This document shows positions 58,023-64,000 of a stretch of 64,000 bases of DNA, piece after piece. Every line of letters starts with the position of its first letter. Positions within the stretch are counted from its first letter, which is position 1. The DNA lies in NCBI RefSeq assembly GCF_030042015.1, contig NZ_JASIAL010000203.1:569-64568 (forward strand). The letters run 5' to 3'. Origin of the DNA: Trebonia sp. Lineage in GTDB: Bacteria; Actinomycetota; Actinomycetes; Streptosporangiales; Streptosporangiaceae. Both the position numbers and the translations under genes were made by a program. The notes under the pieces are model-generated. The model did no database searches and was not told the DNA's origin. It saw nothing but the letters and a program-made list of their open reading frames with translations.

Positions 58023-59006
58023 CTAGGAGGTGGCGAAATCCGATTCCAGCGCCCGGATCGCGGGCGTGCATGCGGTGCTCGGCTGGTTCTTCGTGAGCGC
58101 GCAGATACCGGCGATCAGATAGTTCGCCGCGCCGTCGGCGCCCTTCCCGACCGTCGAGGTTGGCTGGGTCAGCGCCGCCGCCACCTGATCCCAGTTCATG
58201 CCTTTGAGCTCGTCAGGGCCGTACGGGGCGAGGTTGCCGACCTCGACGTACTCGTTGCCGATGTCGATGAACGGGATCGAGCTGCCCTCGCCGTCGCCCG
58301 GGTCATACTCGGTCTGCAAGTTCTGCTGGGCGGTCGTCGGGGTCTGCAGCGTGACGTACGGGACGGTGTCGCTCGAGGAGTTCCCCTGGCGCTCGTTCGT
58401 CGTCTCCTCGACCGGCGTGAACGTGATGTATTTGCTCGTGTAGGTCGAGCCGTAGAACGTCCACGTGGGCGTGTTCGGGTCGTAGTCGCTGCTTGAGGAG
58501 TGGATGGTCTTGAGGCCGGAGAACGTGCCGAAGCGGCTCAGGGCCACGATCATCGCCCACCGTTGGGCGCCGCAGAACGGGCAGTACTCGGCCCCGATGT
58601 AGAGCACTTCCGGCTTGCCGTCGGACGTGAGCGGTGAGCCGTCGACGGTCGCGAAGTAGGCGTCGCCTGCCCCGCTGGCGTCGGAGATCTCGCCGCTCGT
58701 GATGAAGTTCGAGCTGTCGATGCTGCCGGCGCCGACCTTGTCTAGGACGCTCTGCGGCACCCCGGTGACGTCTTTGGTCAACTTCGCGAGCGCGGCGCCG
58801 GTCGGGCCGTTGCTCGCCGGTGCCGCGGTGCCGCTGCCGCTGTTGGCCTTCACCAGCACGAACGCGATCACCACGATGACGACGGCCAGGATCGACCCGC
58901 CGGCTATGTAGATCCGCTTGCGCTGCTCGGCCCGCCGCGCCGCCTCACGTTGCGCCGCGATCCGCGCGCGGCGGTCGGGAACCTTGGTCCTGCTCGCTTT
59001 GCCCAT
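58023..59006 (-). CDS. DUF929 family membrane-anchored thioredoxin-fold protein
   Basis: TM anchor, GKPEVLYIGAEYCPFCGAQRWAMIVALSRFGTFSGL, PTWTF, SIPFIDIGN. Confidence 0.85.
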   Translation of the reverse strand: MGKASRTKVPDRRARIAAQREAARRAEQRKRIYIAGGSILAVVIVVIAFVLVKANSGSGTAAPASNGPTGAALAKLTKDVTGVPQSVLDKVGAGSIDSSNFITSGEISDASGAGDAYFATVDGSPLTSDGKPEVLYIGAEYCPFCGAQRWAMIVALSRFGTFSGLKTIHSSSSDYDPNTPTWTFYGSTYTSKYITFTPVEETTNERQGNSSSDTVPYVTLQTPTTAQQNLQTEYDPGDGEGSSIPFIDIGNEYVEVGNLAPYGPDELKGMNWDQVAAALTQPTSTVGKGADGAANYLIAGICALTKNQPSTACTPAIRALESDFATS

Positions 59007-59127
59007 GCCGCATATCGTAGGGCGATTTTCGCTGCTTATGTCTTGAGGGGACCTGAGAGAAACCTCTGGGTGGCCCGAATGGAACCTGACCTAGACCGTG
59101 CCGCGACCTAACGCCGAGGCCGCGGCC

Positions 59128-60009
59128 TCAAAGCTGGGCCTGCAGCGACTTCACCACGGACGTGCAGGCCGACGCCGGCTGGTCACCGGTGAGCGAGCAG
59201 ATCGCCGCGGTGATGTAGTTCGCGGTGCCGAGCACGGCCTTGGCCACCGGGCTGTCCTGGTTGTGCAGGTCCGCGGCGATCTGGCTCCACGTCAGCCCGG
59301 CCAGCACACCGGGGTCGTACGAGGCGCCGACGATCACGTACTTGTTGCCGAAATCGATGAAGGGGATGTCGCCCGGGCCGTCGTACTTGTTAATCAGGGC
59401 CAACTGCGCGCTGGTCGGCGTCTGCAGCGTGGTGTACGCGCCGTTGCCCGGGTCGGGGATGTTCGTGTACAGCTCGACCGGGGTGAACGTCAGGTACTTG
59501 CTGGTGAAGTGCGCAGTCGCGAACGTCCAGGTCGGCGTGTCGGGGTACGGCTCCGAGTTGCCCGCGCCGTCCTGGGCGGCGGAGTGCGTGGCCGCCAGTC
59601 CGCTGAACGTGCCGAAGCGGCTCAGCGCGACGACCATGGCCCACCGTTCGGCCGCGCAGTACGGGCAGAACTCCGCGCCCAGGTATAGCATCTCCGGCTT
59701 GCCGCCGCTGGTCAGCGCCGGCCCGCTGACCGACGTCGGGCGCGCGCTGACCTGGCCGGCGCCGACGGCGTCGAGCGTGGCGGCAGGGACCGTGGTGGTC
59801 GTGGCGATGAGCTGGGCGAGCGCGCTCCCGGTTGGCGCGGTGGGACCGCCGGCGGATGGGGTGGCCGAGGAGTGACCGGTCGGGGAACTGCTCGCCGTGG
59901 GGTGGCTGGCCGGGGACTTCCCGCGCAGCAGGACGAACGCGAGCACGACCGCGACCACCACCACGATCGCGCCGCCAGCGAGCAGCATCCGGTTCCGCAC
60001 CCGACCCAT
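59128..60009 (-). CDS. DUF929 family protein (tandem paralog)
   Basis: GKPEMLYLGAEFCPYCAAERWAMVVALSRFGTFSGL, PTWTF, DIPFIDFGN; ATG at 60009. Confidence 0.85.
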   Translation of the reverse strand: MGRVRNRMLLAGGAIVVVVAVVLAFVLLRGKSPASHPTASSSPTGHSSATPSAGGPTAPTGSALAQLIATTTTVPAATLDAVGAGQVSARPTSVSGPALTSGGKPEMLYLGAEFCPYCAAERWAMVVALSRFGTFSGLAATHSAAQDGAGNSEPYPDTPTWTFATAHFTSKYLTFTPVELYTNIPDPGNGAYTTLQTPTSAQLALINKYDGPGDIPFIDFGNKYVIVGASYDPGVLAGLTWSQIAADLHNQDSPVAKAVLGTANYITAAICSLTGDQPASACTSVVKSLQAQL

Positions 60010-60330
60010 GCTAGGCCCTCGGCACGACTCACCGGCGCGGTGTTCCGGCGGGACGCCTGGCATCCAAACCGGGCCTGAATCGGGGCGCGCCGGGGTCGCA
60101 GGAGACAGACCGCCGGCCCCCGCGGCAGGGGGAGTGAGGGGGGTGCCGCGAGGGCCGGCCGTCCCGGCGCGGGGCGCTGGGGGGGAAGCGTCCCGCGCCA
60201 GTCCGGTCCGCGAGCGCGTTCGATCGAACACGTCCCGCGCCGGACGGACAGCATCCACCGGCCAGGCGGTGCCAACGGCCAACGGCCAACCGCCTGGCCG
60301 GAAGGGACTCGTTCAGTGATAAACGTCCTA

Positions 60331-60359
60331 TCTCTATGTGATCTAGATATTTTCTAGAT
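60331..60359. promoter_or_regulatory. Three heptamer direct repeats at 11-bp period (SARP/OmpR-type site candidate)
   Basis: TCTCTAT (60331), TCTAGAT (60342), TCTAGAT (60353) in an AT-rich patch upstream of the SARP gene. Confidence 0.5.
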
Positions 60360-60454
60360 GGGCACGATGAAGTCGGGTAATCTGCATAGTTGTACCAACT
60401 GACGACGCCGCGTAGCAGGCGGGACGCGGCGCAGCATGAAGGGGGCCACCAGCC

Positions 60455-63388
60455 GTGGTGCGGCTGCGGGTCGGCGTGCTTGGGCCGGTGACGGCATGGC
60501 GCGATGAGCGCGAGGTCCCGGCGGGACAGCCACGGCAGCTCGCGGTGCTCGGCGTGCTCGCCATGCGGGCGAACCACGTGGTGTCCCGGGGCGAGCTGGT
60601 CGACGCGGTATGGGGCGACGGGCCCCCCGCCAGCGCTGAGGGCGGTATTTACACCTACGTCGCGGGACTGCGGCGCGTCCTGGAACCTGACCTGCCGCGC
60701 CGCGACCCGGACCACCCGCGGCGCGCGCCCGCGCGCGTGCTGGTGTCCGCGGGCGGGGGATACGTGCTCAGGCTCGATCCCGGCTGCCTCGACTCCGACC
60801 AGTTCGAGCAGTTCCTCGGCCGGGCCCGCGGCCTGCGCGCGTCCGGCGACCTGGTGGGAGCCGCGCGCGCGGTGGACGAGGCGCTGGCGCTGTGGCGCGG
60901 GCTCGCGTTCGCCGGGGTGCCAGGCCCGTTCGCCGAGGCCGAACGCCAGCGGCTTGGCGAGCTGCGCACCGCGGCGGCAGAAGAGCGGGCCGACCTGCTG
61001 CTCGCCCAGGGCAGGGCGGCCGAGGCGGTGCCTGAGCTGACCACGCTGGCGGCCGACCATCCGCTGCGCGAACAAGCCCGCGGCCTGCTGATGATCGCGC
61101 TCTACCGCTGCGGCAGGCAGGCGGAGGCGCTGCAGGTGTTCCACGACGTCAGGGGGCGGCTGGCCGAGGAGCTCGGCATCGACCCGAGCGCCGAGCTGAC
61201 CAACATCTACCAGCAGGTCCTCGCGATGGACCCCGCGCTCCACGGCCCGGCTGACATGCCCCGCGCCGGCCAGGGGCAGCTCGCCGATCCCGTGGCGCCG
61301 GCCGCCCCGACTCCTGCGCAGGTGCCACCGGAGACCGCCGGCTTCGCCGGCCGGGCGGCGGAGCTGCGCTGGCTGCACGCGATGGTCCCGGAGAGTCCGG
61401 GAGCGGCTCCGGGCGAGTCTGCCGTGGCGGTCGTCACGGGCACCGCTGGCGTCGGCAAGACCGCGCTGGCGGTCCGGTTCGCCCGCCAGGTGGCGCAGCG
61501 CTTCCCCGACGGTCAGCTCTACGTGAACCTGCGCGGCTTCGACCCCTCCGGCGCGCCTGCCGAGCCGGAAGTGGCGCTGCGCGGCTTCTTCGAGGCGCTC
61601 GGCGTGCCGCAGCGACGAGTCCCGGCCAGCCTGGAGGCGCAGACCGGGCTGTTCCGCAGCCTGCTCGAGGGCAAGCGGATGCTGCTGCTGCTCGACAACG
61701 CGCGGTCCACGGAGCAGGTACGGCCGCTGCTCCCAGGCAGCCCGTCGTGCATGGTCGTGATCACCAGCCGCAGCCAGCTGACTGGCCTGGTCGCCGCCGA
61801 GGGCGCCCGCCCGCTGCCGCTGCAGGTGCTGTCAGAAGCCGAGGCCCGCGAACTGCTCGCGCACCGGATGGGCCCGGTGCGGGTGGCCGCCGAGCCGACC
61901 GCGGCCGCCGAGCTGATCGAGCAGTCCGCCGGGCTGCCGCTGGCGCTGAGCGTGGCCTGCGCGCGGGCCGTCACCCGGCCGGGTGTCGCGCTCGCGGACC
62001 TGGCCGCCGAGCTGCGTGACGCCCGCGGACGGCTCGACGTGCTCGAGACCGGCGATGTGACGACCGACCTGCGGGCCGTCTTCTCCTGGTCCTATCAAAA
62101 GCTCAGCGAACGGGCGGCCCGGATGTTCCGGCTGCTCGGGGTGCACCCCAAGCCGGACATCTCGGTGGCCGCCGCGGCCAGCCTGGCCGGGACGCCGCTG
62201 CCGGCCGCGCGCACCGCGCTGGCCGAGCTGACCCGCGCCTCGCTGCTGAGCGAGGACGCGGGCGGTCCCGGCCGGTTCGGCTGCCACGAGCTGTTGCGCG
62301 CGTACGCGGCGGAGCGGGCGGCCGCCGACGAGAGCGAGGACGAGCGCGACGCGGCACGCCGTCGGCTGCTCGACCACTACCTGCGCACCGCCTACGCGGG
62401 TTCCGTGCGCCTGCACCCCGTGCGCAGCCAGGTCCGGCTGCCGCCGGCGGTACCGGACGTCACCCCCGAGAACCTCGGCTCGTACGAGGCGGTGCTCGCC
62501 TGGTTCGCGGCCGAGCATCGCGTGCTGCACGCCGTCCTCGCCATGGCCGCCGAGGCGGGCTTCGACGCCCAGTGCTGGACGCTGGCCTGGTACTGGGCGA
62601 CGATCCTGACGCGCAGCGGCCTGATGCACGAGGTGGCGGAGCTACAGCGGACGGCGCTGGCGTCGGCGGAGCGCCTCGGCGACCCGGTCGCCCTCGCGCA
62701 CGTGCACTACGAGCTCGGTCACGCGAGCGCGCGAGTGAGCGACTTCGCGGCGAGCCACGCGCACCTGGAGCAGGCCCTCGAGCTGTTCACCCGGCTCGGT
62801 GATCACGTCAGCATCGCGATGGTGCAGTACGGCCTGGCAGCGTTGCTTGACCAGGAGGGCCGGTACTCCGACGCGATCGAGCACGCGTCCGAGGCGCTGC
62901 GGCTGCGCCGCTCGTTCGCCGACCGGGCGGCGGTCGCCTCATCGGAGAACGCGGTCGGCTGGATCTACGCGCACCTCGGCCAGCACGCCGAGGCGCTGCG
63001 GCACTGCCGGCGCGCGCTTGAGCTGCACCGCGACTCGGGCAGCCGCGGCGCCGTGGCCGACACGCTCGACAGCATCGGCTACGCCTACCGCGGGCTGGCC
63101 GACTACCCGCAGGCCATCGCCCACTACGAGCGGGCCCTGGACTTGTACAGGAACATCGGCGACCTGGACGGCGAGTCGGGCTCGCTGACCGGGCTTGGCG
63201 ACGTCCAGGTCGCCGCCGGGCAGCCCGCCGCCGCCCGGCGCAGCTGGGAGCTCGCGCTGGCCGTGCAGGCCAGGCTTCCCGGCGTGGACAGCGGTCCGGT
63301 CCGCGCCCGGCTGGCCACGCTCGCCGTCGACGGCGCCGCGGCGGGCGCCACGGCGGGCACGGCCGCCGCGGGCGCCGTCGGCGCCTGA
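60455..63388 (+). CDS. AfsR/SARP family regulator (wHTH-BTAD-NB-ARC-TPR)
   Basis: VLGP, ELVDAVWGDGPP, ALALWRG, HPLRE, ELGIDP, FAGR, GTAGVGKT, LLLLDNA, GLPLAL, TPR repeats. Confidence 0.95.
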   Translation: MVRLRVGVLGPVTAWRDEREVPAGQPRQLAVLGVLAMRANHVVSRGELVDAVWGDGPPASAEGGIYTYVAGLRRVLEPDLPRRDPDHPRRAPARVLVSAGGGYVLRLDPGCLDSDQFEQFLGRARGLRASGDLVGAARAVDEALALWRGLAFAGVPGPFAEAERQRLGELRTAAAEERADLLLAQGRAAEAVPELTTLAADHPLREQARGLLMIALYRCGRQAEALQVFHDVRGRLAEELGIDPSAELTNIYQQVLAMDPALHGPADMPRAGQGQLADPVAPAAPTPAQVPPETAGFAGRAAELRWLHAMVPESPGAAPGESAVAVVTGTAGVGKTALAVRFARQVAQRFPDGQLYVNLRGFDPSGAPAEPEVALRGFFEALGVPQRRVPASLEAQTGLFRSLLEGKRMLLLLDNARSTEQVRPLLPGSPSCMVVITSRSQLTGLVAAEGARPLPLQVLSEAEARELLAHRMGPVRVAAEPTAAAELIEQSAGLPLALSVACARAVTRPGVALADLAAELRDARGRLDVLETGDVTTDLRAVFSWSYQKLSERAARMFRLLGVHPKPDISVAAAASLAGTPLPAARTALAELTRASLLSEDAGGPGRFGCHELLRAYAAERAAADESEDERDAARRRLLDHYLRTAYAGSVRLHPVRSQVRLPPAVPDVTPENLGSYEAVLAWFAAEHRVLHAVLAMAAEAGFDAQCWTLAWYWATILTRSGLMHEVAELQRTALASAERLGDPVALAHVHYELGHASARVSDFAASHAHLEQALELFTRLGDHVSIAMVQYGLAALLDQEGRYSDAIEHASEALRLRRSFADRAAVASSENAVGWIYAHLGQHAEALRHCRRALELHRDSGSRGAVADTLDSIGYAYRGLADYPQAIAHYERALDLYRNIGDLDGESGSLTGLGDVQVAAGQPAAARRSWELALAVQARLPGVDSGPVRARLATLAVDGAAAGATAGTAAAGAVGA

Positions 63389-63458
63389 GGCCGCCGCGGC
63401 CGTTGCTGACCATGCGATATGGTTACGTATGGTGGCCGATTTTGTTTCCCTGGGAAAG

Positions 63459-64000
63459 GTGCTGACGCTGGACACGCTCAACCGCGCGCTGCTGCTTGAG
63501 AACATCCACCCTGACGCGACGGCGCGACTGACGAAGGCCGGCTACGAAGTGCGGACGATGCCGCGGGCGCTCGGCGAGGACGATCTCATCGCGGCGCTGC
63601 ACGGGGTCAGCCTCGTCGGCATCAGGTCCCAGACCCATGTCACGCAGCGCGTGCTCGCCGCGGCCCCCGAGCTGCTGGCCGTCGGCGCGTTCTGCATCGG
63701 CACGAACCAGGTCGACCTCGCGGCGGCCGCCAGGCGCGGCGTCGCGGTGTTCAACGCGCCGTTCTCCAACACCCGCAGCGTCGTCGAGCTGGCGATCGCG
63801 GAGATCATCTCGATGGCCAGGCGGCTGCCGGAGAAGAACGCCAATATGCACGCCGGGGTCTGGGACAAGTCATCAAGGGGCGCGCACGAGGTGCGCGGCC
63901 GCAAGCTCGGCATCGTCGGTTACGGGAACATCGGCACGCAACTGTCCGTGATCGCCGAAAGCCTCGGCATGAGCGTGTACTTCTACGACATCGCCGACAA
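63459..64000 (+). CDS. serA: D-3-phosphoglycerate dehydrogenase (runs off the window end; start uncertain)
   Basis: Translated by hand: ALLLENIHPDA...GIRSQT...GAFCIGTNQVDL...VFNAPFSNTRSVVEL...HEVRGRKLGIVGYGNIGTQLS. Confidence 0.93.
   Translation, partial: MLTLDTLNRALLLENIHPDATARLTKAGYEVRTMPRALGEDDLIAALHGVSLVGIRSQTHVTQRVLAAAPELLAVGAFCIGTNQVDLAAAARRGVAVFNAPFSNTRSVVELAIAEIISMARRLPEKNANMHAGVWDKSSRGAHEVRGRKLGIVGYGNIGTQLSVIAESLGMSVYFYDIAD

Noticed and set aside
60010-60300. G-rich intergenic stretch as a mobile element
   Set aside because: No clear terminal inverted repeats, target duplication or transposase remnant.

Overview
High-GC actinobacterial chromosome segment. Gene content (kumamolisin-type S53 peptidase, DUF929 proteins, F420-dependent reductase, SARP regulator) suggests a soil, possibly acid-tolerant, filamentous actinomycete (inference). 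About 50 genes; I see no rRNA, tRNA, CRISPR array, integrase or transposase. Ordinary content: acyl-CoA synthetase, three MFS transporters, TetR, pirin, glmS, SpoIIE-type phosphatase, adhP, FHA-ABC transporter, dipeptidase, pgeF-murL-murD2, carboxylesterase, FAD monooxygenase, dinG, ctaG, VKOR, SARP and serA (truncated by the window edge). Top candidate for a new system: two hexapeptide ORFs absent from the ORF track (MRTVWI at 21132-21152 and MRDTWT at 21056-21076, minus strand, each with a ribosome-binding site, consensus M-R-x-x-W-x-stop). They lie between a convergent MFS exporter and a divergent membrane-bound diguanylate cyclase, a layout consistent with peptide-signal / exporter / c-di-GMP receptor signalling. 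Other notable items: (i) a five-gene cluster (degenerate SIR2-PRTase-cupin fusion, AroE-like dehydrogenase, membrane pentapeptide protein, sugar kinase, radical SAM) that splits an ApbE flavinylation/electron-transfer gene set; (ii) a conflict/defence-like locus (transglutaminase-like-STAND-TPR protein, tandem Trypco protein, divergent DUF218-like gene); (iii) a candidate minimal flavinylated tether protein; (iv) a perfect 24-bp palindrome before a small gene and glmS. All family calls are from motif recognition by eye; no searches were run.
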